Shown piece after piece: positions 30,603 through 41,421 of a stretch of DNA of 59,737 nucleotides. Position numbers and translations under genes: made by a program. The stretch is from positions 1 through 59,737 of IMG/VR virus record IMGVR_UViG_3300025889_000127. One strand, written 5' to 3'. Origin of the DNA: a virus. Its lineage: Duplodnaviria; Caudoviricetes. Position 1 is the stretch's first letter. Each line of letters starts with the position of its first letter. Under the pieces are notes generated by a model. That model saw only the letters and a list, made by a program, of their open reading frames with translations, was not told the origin of the DNA and did no database searches.

Positions 30603-32396
30603 TTAGATCACAGCCCCCGCAATATCAGTGTCTGGAAGCAATACTTCAACAGCAGCATCTTCGGGGACAATCAAAAATCTTCCATCATCAGAAAGATTTG
30701 AATCGATATCAAACACGTAGTTGCTGTAAAGACCACCGAACTTATTTACTAGTTCTACCTCAGTTGTGTCAACAACTCCAGGCACTTCGTTTAATAGCTT
30801 GTATATCTCAGAGATATAAATAGCTTCACCAATATTGAACTTGATGTTGATGTATTCGTCTTTTAGTTTTTGTACACAGGCTTCCAAAAGCTCGTACCTA
30901 TTGACATCTAGTTCAGGAAGAACTTTGAAGCGTATTCCTATATTTATCACTTTACCGTTCAGCACATCTATAGTATCGTTGATCATTCTGTATTTGTTTA
31001 GCCAAACAGCAGTATTCTCTCTCAAGGACTGATTTGGTTCTGTAAGGTCGCCATTTGCATTTTCTGACAAAAGGTAAACATTGAGGTTTCTCTTGAGGGA
31101 GTCTACATCTCTGACGACATTTGCTCGCTTGACTTTACCGAACTTAGATGGCATCCTATAAATAAGATTGATATAATCTACTCTAGTGACCGCACGGTTC
31201 TGAGATGCGAAAGTTCCAAAAGCTCGCTCTCTAACTTCTTCTGCTGTTGGGACAGAAGTGTCACCAAGGATTGGATCCTCATTGACAACCTCTATAGATG
31301 AGATAACGTTAACAACTTCTCCTGGATCTAGGGTTGTTTGATCCCTAAAAGAAAACAGGGGAGATATCACCTCGCTTAAGCCGTTCACAGAAAGATTGAT
31401 AGTATCCGATGTGTTGGCGGTATACTCAATGGTTAGAGTTGTGTTTGTTGGGACAACACCAAACTTATCAGTACTGATTAGATTTGTTGGATCAAAAGTC
31501 TGATCTGTAATATAAGTTCTTCCGCTAACATCAAGAATGACATCAGAAGGATCGGCGACTACATCAGTAGTGATATTTTCCTCTGAGCCGTATCCAAACT
31601 GAACAAAGGTGTCGCCCTCTACTGTGAACTCTGTAATAAATCTTCTTGGCACAGGGCGCAGCTTCATTATGAATGGTACAACCTGGCGATCGTCAGAAGT
31701 ATTTTGGAACTCTTGCACAATAACATCCTGTGTCAAGTAGTCAACCTGATAGTATTCATTTCCTTGGCTGTCTTTTATTGACAAGACTTCTGAGATATTA
31801 TCATCGTCAACTCTCAATCTTAGGAATCTTTGATAATCATCTACGGTTACTGTTTGTTGCCTTCTTTGCCCAGAAATGACTTGACCAAAAGCCTTGATAG
31901 CAAAATAAGTTGGGTTACCAGTCGAGTCATCTACACGAGCGACAGTCACCTGGTTGTTGGGATCTGTAAAGTCAACGTTCTCAGCAAGAGTGAAAACAGC
32001 GCCGCCATTTGATGATACAAGACTACCTCGCTGAAGAATTGGGAAATAGTCTAGATCAGGACCTCTAGAGTTGACATCTGCGGGAACAATAATGTAAAAA
32101 GCAGCTTGTCCTGAGGATGTCGCTGCGCCTGGTGTTTTATATCCGAGAGTGTTTGACAGACGATTTACACTATCATATGTTATAGCACTGTCAAGAAAAC
32201 TTTCGTTAGCTTGGAAATCAGCATAGAATGAAAGCTGATCGCCGACATATGCCACCATATCCAACATCATAGCACCGAAAGATGCTTCACTGAAATCTTT
32301 GAAAGTTGTTGGATAATATCTCTGAGCGTAGTTCTCTAAGTCGTTCTTTATGGACTCGAAATCTCTACTGGTATAGTTTATTGGTCTTTTAGCCAT
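30603..32396 (-). CDS. Baseplate wedge subunit, T4 gp6-like
   Basis: INYTSRDFESIK..L, DFSEAS.G.M.LD..AY.GD.LSFY, NESFL, QNRAVT..DY. Confidence 0.9.
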   Translation of the reverse strand: MAKRPINYTSRDFESIKNDLENYAQRYYPTTFKDFSEASFGAMMLDMVAYVGDQLSFYADFQANESFLDSAITYDSVNRLSNTLGYKTPGAATSSGQAAFYIIVPADVNSRGPDLDYFPILQRGSLVSSNGGAVFTLAENVDFTDPNNQVTVARVDDSTGNPTYFAIKAFGQVISGQRRQQTVTVDDYQRFLRLRVDDDNISEVLSIKDSQGNEYYQVDYLTQDVIVQEFQNTSDDRQVVPFIMKLRPVPRRFITEFTVEGDTFVQFGYGSEENITTDVVADPSDVILDVSGRTYITDQTFDPTNLISTDKFGVVPTNTTLTIEYTANTSDTINLSVNGLSEVISPLFSFRDQTTLDPGEVVNVISSIEVVNEDPILGDTSVPTAEEVRERAFGTFASQNRAVTRVDYINLIYRMPSKFGKVKRANVVRDVDSLKRNLNVYLLSENANGDLTEPNQSLRENTAVWLNKYRMINDTIDVLNGKVINIGIRFKVLPELDVNRYELLEACVQKLKDEYINIKFNIGEAIYISEIYKLLNEVPGVVDTTEVELVNKFGGLYSNYVFDIDSNLSDDGRFLIVPEDAAVEVLLPDTDIAGAVI

Positions 32397-32413
32397 TTAT
32401 AGATCCTCGTCCA

Positions 32414-32818
32414 TTAAGTAGTTATGGTTGACGTTATTATTAGCTCGTCATCTTGATCTAGTGGCAAGATGTTATACTTTATTACTGTTCTTACCTCGTT
32501 GAATGAAATATTTGGATCTTCATCTGATGTTATAAAGTCTATAGCCACGAGGTTTATCATTGGCATATATGTTTGGGTTTGCTCTGTAATCCTATGGACC
32601 AACTCGTCCAAAACTTCACCACTTACATTTTCAAACAAAAAACCGTATAACCCAACACCGAAGTCAGGAATCATTATTCTTTCACCTGGCATAGTGAGGA
32701 TCAAGTTCTTGAAGTTTTGCTTTATTGTCTCCCCAAGAGTCCTGTTTAGACGGTACGGTCCATCAATCACATCATAGGAGAGTGGTAGCTTTGGGGATAT
32801 GCCTTGTCTTTTTGTCAT
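32414..32818 (-). CDS. Baseplate wedge subunit, gp25-like
   Basis: IKQN.KNLILT.PGERIM.PDFGVGL...LFE. Confidence 0.92.
   Translation of the reverse strand: MTKRQGISPKLPLSYDVIDGPYRLNRTLGETIKQNFKNLILTMPGERIMIPDFGVGLYGFLFENVSGEVLDELVHRITEQTQTYMPMINLVAIDFITSDEDPNISFNEVRTVIKYNILPLDQDDELIITSTITT
32415..32422 (-). promoter_or_regulatory. Putative late promoter ACTACTTA for gp6
   Basis: Overlaps the gp25 stop codon; followed by SD GAGGA and ATG 32396. Confidence 0.5.
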
Positions 32819-35800
32819 AGTCTAAGTATGTTTTCTAATTCATTTTTTTCTTGTAACAGGTCTTGTCTAAATATTATCGATACATAAGCAGAAGTGACTG
32901 CTCTTGTGATTCTCAGTATAATATTCTCAACACTGGAGTGGTTAAATCCTGATCTATCGTCAAAATCATTTGAAATATAGTTTTCAAAAAACTGACTATA
33001 TGCATTTTGTAGCAATGGTACATCCTCTTCGCTGAGAGAAAACCAGCTAAGTCTAGATAAAAGAACCTGCTCAAGTGGAGCAACAGACCCATCAAGAACT
33101 GCTGTGACAAAATCTGTCAATATTTCATAATCATATGTCTCTGGACGTAATCTATTGATCTGAGAAACGATATTATTTTTTTGTCTGAAGCCTTCTGGTG
33201 TTGTTTCATCAATACCAGGTAAACGATCAAGCTGTGCAGCAATAACCTCTAAATTATTACTGATCCTCTGTTGATAAATTGATTGAATATATTGCAAGTG
33301 TTGTTCAAAAGTTTCTGCGTCTATACCTGTCTGGATGGATAATACTCTCAACCTAGTACTGACCTCTGAAGTAGAGTAAAAAGTTCTATCGATAAAAATC
33401 CCCTGAGACCTGGAGACGGTAGTGTATGGGAATCCAATATGCCTAGAGGAGTATTTTGTTATCTCCTGTTCGGCTATTGATGATAGTATTGCGTCGTCTG
33501 CATTGGCGATTTCGACTAAGCTTCGCATATGCCCAGACTTGAAGTTTCTCACAATATTTATCAGGCTATCATAGGTTATCAAGTATTGACCGATCATAAA
33601 TCCGATTGGGAAATAATAAGCACCATAATAGAAACCCTCTTCAGTTGGTTCACCATCCTGATCGAGGAGTACGTTTGTTACAAAGTTTTGTACTCTTTCT
33701 ATTTGTTGTTGTCCCGTAATTCCATAAATATCATAAGTCTGATCGTTTGTCACAGTCTGAAATCCTTCTAAGATCCTCTCATAGAAAGTCTTTATTAGAC
33801 CCTGATAACGATTTCTTGTTGTAGACCTAGAGTACGGGGAGGTATTCAGAGAACTGTACACACTATCAGAAACACTATCTAACATTGAAGAGTAAACTTT
33901 TTCTACCAAGCTTTTGATATATTCCTTTGGTGTTCTTGTGTTTAGTTCTTCAAGTCTGTTATCAGGGTTATCAACATATACTCTCTTTAGGACGTCAGAG
34001 TATTCAAACATAATGTTTGACAAACCTCTAGAGTCTAAGTCGTCATATACCTTTCTAAACAAGTAATCAACAACTAGTTTTTTTGTTCCGAAACTATTCC
34101 AGTGAGGATATGCAGAAGCCATCGAAACTGTGTTCATAAAGAACCTTTGCAATCGAGCCTGGATCGACAGGACTATAGCATTGGCAATAGCAACCTCTTT
34201 GTTTGTGACACAGTTTTCATCATTAGGCTGATATAGTGGTCGATTTGTTCCTCTAAGATACTGTTTCATCCTTGATTTACCCTGATCATTTGCGAATGAA
34301 AAATCGATTTGCTGGTCAATATATTGTGTAGGGTTGGAAACAGATAGCGACTCTGATTCTACATTAGGAACGTTGACACCGCCACCACCGACAATCGGGA
34401 AGCGATATAAAAAACCAAACATAGCATTGTCAATTATCTGAGATATGAGTGCGTCATTCCTAGATGGCATTATAATCTGTCGTCGAGGTCCTTCTGTTAT
34501 TTGACCGCCCAAGAGTGATGGTCCAATACTTGTTGCCATCTTGTAATAATCAACAGACTGCTGATTTGGTTCGACATCTCCTGGTGATGGGGTATATTGG
34601 GCTATTACTTTTCTCTCTTTTGTTCCGTCGGGATTCTTAACGATCCTGGTTATCTGAACACCATCATTATTTAGGTTTTCAATTGACATCGATGTTTTTG
34701 CGTTGCTGGTCTGATCATCATCGATCCACTGATCAGGTTGAAAAGATTTCTGAGATGCTTTCAAATATGCATTCAAAGTATCGTACAGCGTATCCCACCT
34801 TGTTGTTTGTGCGCCTTCTTCATTAGGGTTTGGAACTGGAACATCTGCAAGCGATGACCTAAGTGTCTGAGGTGCTGTTCTCAAAGCGTAGGATGATTCA
34901 AAATCTTTACGTCGTGCGCTAACGTTATCCAGAGGTCCCAACCACCACCAAGAACTGTTATCGTCAATAGTAGCAGGAGCAGGATATGGCAATAAGACTG
35001 GTGATCTTTCTGGTCGAGTCAAATACCTGTTAGATGATGGCGCTGTATATAAAAACCCTTCTTCATCTGTAGCACGGTTGATTTGTGCTGCCATTATTTT
35101 TGTGGATATAATATTCCTAATTGTGTAATAAAGATCTTTTCCAAACATTGTGAGGTATAAGTTATAAACTTCTGAAGAGTCATTGTCAATCTCTTCTCCC
35201 CACAATTCTGACCACCACTCAGTCAATGAGTTCCATAAAGCATTTGAAATGGTAGCAATGAACTCCAGCAACTCTTCGTACTGCTTCATTATTGGGAGAT
35301 CATTCAGCAAATCTTGCAATCCTTGTAGGATATTATCTAAATCCTTCAGCCAATCACAAAGAGCGTTTATCTTGTTTATTTTGTCTTCCGCAATACTTGC
35401 ATATTGTGCTTCAAGTTGATCAGGACTAATCCTGAAACCTAATCTTTCTAATCCAAGGTCGGGTTCCAAACTGGAACAGTAAGCATCAAGAGGAGAAATA
35501 TTAAGCTGGGCTATGTCTTCAATATTTTCATCTCTCATGGCATCGCCGAGAGCAATAAAAAAGTCTTTGATCTTATTTTTTGTAAACTCAAAAGACCCAT
35601 AAACATTAGGATCGATTGTTCTTGTAATGATTTCTTCATTACCATTTGGATTAAGATCGCTGTTTATTGGGAAAGTTATGACACCATCTGTTACAGTCTC
35701 CAAAATAAGCTCATAAAGAACATTGTCAGCAGATCCAAAGATAAGTTGATCTAGTTCTCTTGGTGTACACATATTAGAAACATCAGATATAAAAGTCATT

Positions 35801-38298
35801 AGTTGATTGCTAGTCGGATCTGTCTTTGTTACTTGTTCCGTTCCGCCTACGTCTGATCTTGAGACATTTACAAGGTCAACACTTTTTGCTATATCGATCA
35901 GGTCTAAGTCTTCAACGTATTCATTTAGGTCTAAGATACCATACTTCAAGTCTCTCATCGCATCGTTGAGTGTATCTGACCTATTGTTATTTGGACCGCA
36001 CCCTAAAGCTGCTTTTATGACATCTTTACCAATGCCCACAGCAACAGATTTAAGATAAGCAGATACGATCTTGATGATAAGTTGTTCGTATAGATCTGTA
36101 TCTTTTGAGAATATAGTATCGTAAGTACCCTTCCAGCCCTTAGGAACTTTTAGTTGTATCTTTACTGGGGCTGGAGCTTTAGCTGCTGGGGTGGCTCCTG
36201 ACGACTTCTTAGTTGGATTCATATCTCCTGGGTCAAGGAAAGATGTTTCTATGACATTGCCAAGAACATCCAAACTACAAAATATCTGCTCATTGATTTG
36301 CTTCTCTATATCACGAATAAAAAGCTGTGGGTTTTCTTCTGCACGAATAGCTTGTGTTAGATAAGCTCTTGTTACAGAATCTTTAACCACCTCATCCCGT
36401 AAAAGAAGTATCGCTTCCCTGATCTTACCTCGTATTGATATCTTTGAATCCATCAAAGACCAGATCTTCATAACATCTTTCAGAGCCTGGGCTTGTCCTG
36501 TGTCACAATCAAGGCTTGTTATGGCTCGTCCAATCTGGTAATATGGATTTCTACTTGAGTTGATACGACGATAGAAATCTTCTATGTCTTTGCCCTCTTT
36601 GGCAAGCTCAGAAACCTTTGTGAATATATTCTTTCTTCTATTGCGCCTTGCATTAGCTCTTGAGTTGGCAGCCTTCTGTCTTATCTTCTCAGCAGACAGT
36701 TCGATCGAGGGGAAGAGATAATCACTAAAAAAATCAACCCAAGGCTTTAGGTTGTCTTCATCCACAATGCTATAATCATTGTAGATTTTTTGACTATTAG
36801 CTACTGCGCTAAATGTTGTTGGAGTTGAATCCGAGAAGGTGTTGAGTATCTTTTGTGCCTTATTATTTTCTTCTTCCTCGTTTTCTGGGTAAAAATCCTT
36901 ATTGCCAACACCTCTGGTCATAAGGTAGCCGTTATATGTAAAGTATTCCATATTGTAGGCGTTGGTGAAAGAAAACTCTATAATATCCTCATCGTCAAGG
37001 CGGACCTTGTTATAAACACAAGCAAGAGCCAAGTCATCCAAAAACCCGTCTAGGATACCGACTTCTCTATCTAAATCAATGCCTTGTAGGTCTTCTGGGG
37101 CTATACCCTCTTCATCTAACTGCTTTGCATAAATCGAAAATGTTCTCGTTACTCTTGGGAGATGTATTACTAGATTCTCTGCTTTTATCACGCTTTTTAT
37201 AGAGGACTTGTTCTTTTCTGGGTCTAATAAAACCCTTGCTCTTTCGAGGGGAGTTAGTTCAAACTCATCATAAGAAACAAAGACATCATTGTTCTCTGGT
37301 ACATCTTCTACTGCGCTCCTTGGGATACGGACAGCATATATCCACCTTGAACCTGGTCTAACATCTAGATGGGATAAGAAGTTTATTTTACCTTCTTCCG
37401 CTGGTTCGCCGATCCCTAGTGACAAGATCCTACTCAAGTTTGCTTGAGAAAAGCGACCAGTGTATTTCAATATTTCACTAACACCGTTTGTTATAGCAGC
37501 TATCATCTCTTGACCAGCATTTTCACGACCTTGCTGAGTCCAGTATCCCTGATCAAACAATTGACTTGATGCCAAGTCTGTTCTTTCTGTGTAGTAGAAC
37601 TTGTCATCTACGCTGTTATAGTATATTTTGTTTGTTTCCGTCCCTGGTTCACAGTTTGCTCGCCAGTCATATATGTCAACATTCTCATCATTATTGACAT
37701 ATGAAGACGCCACCACTGACAAAGACAACTTCTCAACACTCTGATAGTCATCAAGCGAAGGAATCTGTTCAACACCTATAGACTTATAGATGAGTTTTCT
37801 GTACTCTGACGAATGGAAAGGCAAAATAGCAATAAGCTTTGTGTGAGCAGTCTGTATAGACGTACTGTTTATATTCTCTGGAAGTATTGCAGTTGGAGAT
37901 GAGTTAGTAGTGTATTGATTCAGTTGGTCCTTTTCGTCCAACTTCGAAACTAACTGCTTCAGTTTATCATTTGCAATCTCATCACCTATTAACTCTAGAG
38001 ATACCGCATCCTCGGTCTCGATTAAGTTGCAGTTCTGTGGGTATAAAAATGAATAGGCTCTTAGATCCTGGGCTGTTACAGTTAGGTTTGGGGTGTTTTT
38101 TTCTATCCCCAAAGCTTGAAGCTCTTGGACTGAAAGGTTTAGGACCTTATTTTGCGGAAGAAAGTTGAAAGAGGAGAGGTAGTACTCGTGAATAGAACTT
38201 ATAACAAACAAGTTTCTCTTACTTGAAACAAAGTCGTATTCGATATCTTCCGAAACGTAAGGATTGATAATGTTTTTTTGTTGTCTGTTTATACTCAT
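32815..38298 (-). CDS. Large hypothetical virion protein (1827 aa)
   Basis: Long ORF between the spike-like gene and gp25; ATGA overlap with gp25. Confidence 0.65.
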   Translation of the reverse strand: MSINRQQKNIINPYVSEDIEYDFVSSKRNLFVISSIHEYYLSSFNFLPQNKVLNLSVQELQALGIEKNTPNLTVTAQDLRAYSFLYPQNCNLIETEDAVSLELIGDEIANDKLKQLVSKLDEKDQLNQYTTNSSPTAILPENINSTSIQTAHTKLIAILPFHSSEYRKLIYKSIGVEQIPSLDDYQSVEKLSLSVVASSYVNNDENVDIYDWRANCEPGTETNKIYYNSVDDKFYYTERTDLASSQLFDQGYWTQQGRENAGQEMIAAITNGVSEILKYTGRFSQANLSRILSLGIGEPAEEGKINFLSHLDVRPGSRWIYAVRIPRSAVEDVPENNDVFVSYDEFELTPLERARVLLDPEKNKSSIKSVIKAENLVIHLPRVTRTFSIYAKQLDEEGIAPEDLQGIDLDREVGILDGFLDDLALACVYNKVRLDDEDIIEFSFTNAYNMEYFTYNGYLMTRGVGNKDFYPENEEEENNKAQKILNTFSDSTPTTFSAVANSQKIYNDYSIVDEDNLKPWVDFFSDYLFPSIELSAEKIRQKAANSRANARRNRRKNIFTKVSELAKEGKDIEDFYRRINSSRNPYYQIGRAITSLDCDTGQAQALKDVMKIWSLMDSKISIRGKIREAILLLRDEVVKDSVTRAYLTQAIRAEENPQLFIRDIEKQINEQIFCSLDVLGNVIETSFLDPGDMNPTKKSSGATPAAKAPAPVKIQLKVPKGWKGTYDTIFSKDTDLYEQLIIKIVSAYLKSVAVGIGKDVIKAALGCGPNNNRSDTLNDAMRDLKYGILDLNEYVEDLDLIDIAKSVDLVNVSRSDVGGTEQVTKTDPTSNQLMTFISDVSNMCTPRELDQLIFGSADNVLYELILETVTDGVITFPINSDLNPNGNEEIITRTIDPNVYGSFEFTKNKIKDFFIALGDAMRDENIEDIAQLNISPLDAYCSSLEPDLGLERLGFRISPDQLEAQYASIAEDKINKINALCDWLKDLDNILQGLQDLLNDLPIMKQYEELLEFIATISNALWNSLTEWWSELWGEEIDNDSSEVYNLYLTMFGKDLYYTIRNIISTKIMAAQINRATDEEGFLYTAPSSNRYLTRPERSPVLLPYPAPATIDDNSSWWWLGPLDNVSARRKDFESSYALRTAPQTLRSSLADVPVPNPNEEGAQTTRWDTLYDTLNAYLKASQKSFQPDQWIDDDQTSNAKTSMSIENLNNDGVQITRIVKNPDGTKERKVIAQYTPSPGDVEPNQQSVDYYKMATSIGPSLLGGQITEGPRRQIIMPSRNDALISQIIDNAMFGFLYRFPIVGGGGVNVPNVESESLSVSNPTQYIDQQIDFSFANDQGKSRMKQYLRGTNRPLYQPNDENCVTNKEVAIANAIVLSIQARLQRFFMNTVSMASAYPHWNSFGTKKLVVDYLFRKVYDDLDSRGLSNIMFEYSDVLKRVYVDNPDNRLEELNTRTPKEYIKSLVEKVYSSMLDSVSDSVYSSLNTSPYSRSTTRNRYQGLIKTFYERILEGFQTVTNDQTYDIYGITGQQQIERVQNFVTNVLLDQDGEPTEEGFYYGAYYFPIGFMIGQYLITYDSLINIVRNFKSGHMRSLVEIANADDAILSSIAEQEITKYSSRHIGFPYTTVSRSQGIFIDRTFYSTSEVSTRLRVLSIQTGIDAETFEQHLQYIQSIYQQRISNNLEVIAAQLDRLPGIDETTPEGFRQKNNIVSQINRLRPETYDYEILTDFVTAVLDGSVAPLEQVLLSRLSWFSLSEEDVPLLQNAYSQFFENYISNDFDDRSGFNHSSVENIILRITRAVTSAYVSIIFRQDLLQEKNELENILRL

Positions 38299-38302
38299 AT
38301 GT

Positions 38303-39256
38303 CTAGTTCACGTTGTTGTACTTACTTCTAAAGTCGAAAGCTGGCTGTATAAAGGCTCTAGCAAGTTTTATCGATGGCTCATCAGTTGGTGCTCCGATAT
38401 TGTATTTAAATAGAGCAGAGTTAAAAGAGTGAGCAGCAACTTGACCAACTAGTTTAATACCATCTGTTCCAAGTATCCTTATTAGTTCTGGAACTGATGA
38501 TGCCATATATGGATTTGGCAATGTTATGGACAAGTGCCTCATTTGTAGTTTGAATATAAAGATTATAAACTCAAACAACTCCTTGTGCATTTCGTGCATC
38601 TCTAACAAAGCTTTCTGGAGGTCGTTACCCTTGACCATAGGCTGTAAGTCTTTGTCATTGTTTCCTGCTATCAAGTCAATACCAGGCATATCATCACCTA
38701 CCCAAAATCCAGAACCACCTGAATACTTGTCGGAGCCTGTTACAATCTTGATTCCTTTTCGACCAACAAGTCGAACCGAGTCTGCCTTGACAACAATAGC
38801 AGATTCATTTATTACTTTTCCGACTTTGCCATCAGCTAGATTGAAATACTCTTCTGAGTCAATGTCTTTTGCTTGCTGAGTGATGTAGATTCTTGCTGCA
38901 TCTAAGTTTGTATTTGGATCAGTTGCAACTTCATTATTGTTTTCGTCTGTTTCTTTTGCGGTTACACCGCTTAGACCAGCAACCAGATCAATCCTTGCAG
39001 CGCCAGACTTTTTGCCATCGGCTCCCCAGCCAGTATTCTTACCTCCTGGTTTATCCTTTCCGAAAGTAATGAAAGCATTCGTTTCGCCAGATAAGACTGT
39101 CTCATTCTTTGCTGTGTTTAGTCTTGGCTTAGCCTCTACCATAGGAGTGTTGCCGTGACCAGACTTTAATTTATCTACTGTACCAGGGTTTTCCCTGAGT
39201 TGTCTCTGCTTATTCTTTGATAAGTTTTGCTTTAGAATAGTAGGCTTTCTAGGCAT
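38303..39256 (-). CDS. Putative baseplate central spike/hub protein
   Basis: Beta-repeat-like RIDLVAG, ARIYITQ, IVVKADSVRLVGRKGIKI, then LQPMVKGNDL; located upstream of gp25. Confidence 0.5.
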   Translation of the reverse strand: MPRKPTILKQNLSKNKQRQLRENPGTVDKLKSGHGNTPMVEAKPRLNTAKNETVLSGETNAFITFGKDKPGGKNTGWGADGKKSGAARIDLVAGLSGVTAKETDENNNEVATDPNTNLDAARIYITQQAKDIDSEEYFNLADGKVGKVINESAIVVKADSVRLVGRKGIKIVTGSDKYSGGSGFWVGDDMPGIDLIAGNNDKDLQPMVKGNDLQKALLEMHEMHKELFEFIIFIFKLQMRHLSITLPNPYMASSVPELIRILGTDGIKLVGQVAAHSFNSALFKYNIGAPTDEPSIKLARAFIQPAFDFRSKYNNVN

Positions 39257-40419
39257 TATTTTTTCTCAAACTTCTTGTAAAAGAAATCTTCCACTGGGTC
39301 AACTGCCCCGCCAGTTATGACATCATTAACAGTTTTCCAGTTTTTATTATTCTCATATATGACTTCAAAGTGCAAATGAAAAGGAACAGACTCTCTTCTT
39401 CCTGGACCAACAGTGTTTCCTGATAGACCTATCTGACTTCCTCTCTTTACTGATTTTCCGTTAGGTACAGAAAAGCTTGCCAAGTGTGCATAAAGAGTAT
39501 AAAAAACACTGCCCAACGTTGGGGCAATGTAAGCGGTATGTTTAATCACAACAACATTGCCATATCCATTTATAACCCCTGTCCACACTTCCCCATCTAA
39601 AGCTGCCTTAACTGGAACACTCCCAGGTTGACCATTTTTAAAAGTTCTGAGGTCTATGCCCTTGTGAGCATCGCTTGAGTTATTTCTTGTTGGGAATCCT
39701 GAGTTTATTGTTCCTATTTGTGCGAGCCTAGCGACAGGATCTTGAATCGTGTCAGGTGCTCTTTTTCCTGTTATTGGACTCTTAGGCCAGACTCCCTTTG
39801 GAGGGTTTGGAACTTCTTTATCAGAAATCTTTATTCTTCTTCCGTCACTGCCAACAGATATAGAACACTCTCCTAAAGTTGTTCTCTCAGTTCCCCCCTG
39901 TTTTGGTATTTCAACAGAACAGTTCTGAGAAAACTGATCAAGAGTAGCATCTGGATCGATTACCTTCTCTATGGTTCCAGCAATATCTGAAGTATGTAGA
40001 GTGGCATTGTTATCGATTCTTATTCTTACGACAGCACCAGGATTAAGAGTCTGGTCTGCTCCCAAGAGTACAAACTTTGGAAAGTCAAGATCCATAATAT
40101 TATCTTCTGCATTCTTCACATCAGGATAACAAAATGTTCTATGATCACTGATCATTCGGCACATATAAACGCCGACTTCACCCTCTTTATATTCTCCAGA
40201 AAATCTTGTTTTGTCCCACCAACCTGGTGTTAGTGGAAGGTGTTTTAAGATCTGTGCAGTTGGTCCAGTATTATTTTCATATTTGCCCGTTTGTCGGAGA
40301 AACGCCGTGGACATTCTGCTCATAAGAGACTGACCATCGTCTCTACCAAGAGAGTAATGGTTACCTCTTAATTCTACAGGTTCAGTACTATCACTTGTCT
40401 TGTCGAATATTATTGACAT
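39256..40419 (-). CDS. M23 family metallopeptidase (probably a virion-associated peptidoglycan hydrolase)
   Basis: HKGIDL (HxxxD), V.AALDG.V, GYGNVVVIKH, TLYAHL, IGLSGNT, HLHFE, VDP. Confidence 0.92.
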   Translation of the reverse strand: MSIIFDKTSDSTEPVELRGNHYSLGRDDGQSLMSRMSTAFLRQTGKYENNTGPTAQILKHLPLTPGWWDKTRFSGEYKEGEVGVYMCRMISDHRTFCYPDVKNAEDNIMDLDFPKFVLLGADQTLNPGAVVRIRIDNNATLHTSDIAGTIEKVIDPDATLDQFSQNCSVEIPKQGGTERTTLGECSISVGSDGRRIKISDKEVPNPPKGVWPKSPITGKRAPDTIQDPVARLAQIGTINSGFPTRNNSSDAHKGIDLRTFKNGQPGSVPVKAALDGEVWTGVINGYGNVVVIKHTAYIAPTLGSVFYTLYAHLASFSVPNGKSVKRGSQIGLSGNTVGPGRRESVPFHLHFEVIYENNKNWKTVNDVITGGAVDPVEDFFYKKFEKK

Positions 40420-40422
40420 ATT

Positions 40423-40713
40423 CTACTCCTTGTTTAGGAGATCAAACAACTGGTTCTTGTCTTCTTCGCTCAAACCTTCTTGCTTAGATACTGTTTCCTT
40501 TTTGTAGACCAGAGTAGCTAGCTTGACTAACTGCTCATTACTTCTCTGCAATGTCTCAACGAATTTAGCAGCAACGGGACCACTATCAGAGTAGCGATCC
40601 TGGGATACTGACATATGTTCTTGTAAGTTGGCTAGCAAGTCTTCTGTGACTTGTCTATCTTTGTTTATGTTATCAAGTGCTTGCTCGATGAGAGATTCTA
40701 GATTCTTTTTCAT
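40423..40713 (-). CDS. Helical hypothetical protein (96 aa)
   Basis: ORF track; LQRSNEQLVKLA coiled segment. Confidence 0.7.
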   Translation of the reverse strand: MKKNLESLIEQALDNINKDRQVTEDLLANLQEHMSVSQDRYSDSGPVAAKFVETLQRSNEQLVKLATLVYKKETVSKQEGLSEEDKNQLFDLLNKE

Positions 40714-40717
40714 ACAG

Positions 40718-40725
40718 TAAGTAGG
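40718..40725 (-). promoter_or_regulatory. Putative late promoter CCTACTTA heading the baseplate operon
   Basis: 4 nt upstream of ATG 40713. Confidence 0.5.
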
Positions 40726-40728
40726 AGG

Positions 40729-41421
40729 TTACTTTATTTCTCCCTCATTCCACTTACTCTTGAAGGTTCTGTATTTTTCTCTCATTTTGTTGAGACAGCT
40801 AACGATCTGCTTGGTGTTCAACCCTGTGATCTCTCTCATATACAAGTAGATGGCTTTCTTGTTGAAGATCTCAATCTGATCTACATTGTTCATAAGAGTC
40901 AGGATAGCGTCTAGAACTTTTTGCTCATTTGGCTTGAGGTTTGGGTTTTCCCAGCTTTTTATTTCTACCAGCAAAAACGTCCAGAACTCACGCTCTTCTT
41001 GTTCGTCGAAAAGGTCTTCGTTATCATCAGAGGAAACCGCTTCGATCTCACGGATCATTGAGTCGTATTCGATCTCTCGGCGGTTCTTCTTTGTTTGTTG
41101 CTTTGCTTTGTGGGTAAACCAGTTTTTGGTTACCACTGAGAAGTATGAGAAAGCTTTGGTACCCTGTGATGGGTCAAACTTCCCTAGGATGGTTGTGAGC
41201 CAAACTTTGCAATCTTCCTTTAGGACATCAATATTTTCAAGGGACGTAAACTTATAAGTGTAAACAATCTTTGTGACTAACTCATTGAAAGCTGGCTGGA
41301 TATGTTCGATGTACAACTGGGTTCTGATATTGAGATTATCAGTCGCACAGTAATCGATGATTGCTTGCTCCGTCTCCTTTGTAAAATAGTGATTCTTTTT
41401 GGACGATCGCTTAGGCATCAT
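40729..41421 (-). CDS. Phage sigma factor, T4 gp55-like late sigma
   Basis: YFTKETEQAI, KFDPSQGTKAFSYFSVVTKNWF (sigma region 2 FDP....AFSYF motif). Start taken at ATG 41421 behind SD GGAG. Confidence 0.78.
   Translation of the reverse strand: MMPKRSSKKNHYFTKETEQAIIDYCATDNLNIRTQLYIEHIQPAFNELVTKIVYTYKFTSLENIDVLKEDCKVWLTTILGKFDPSQGTKAFSYFSVVTKNWFTHKAKQQTKKNRREIEYDSMIREIEAVSSDDNEDLFDEQEEREFWTFLLVEIKSWENPNLKPNEQKVLDAILTLMNNVDQIEIFNKKAIYLYMREITGLNTKQIVSCLNKMREKYRTFKSKWNEGEIK

Noticed and set aside
40423-40713. Possible small terminase subunit
   Set aside because: The size and helical character fit, but there is no diagnostic motif and no large terminase nearby.
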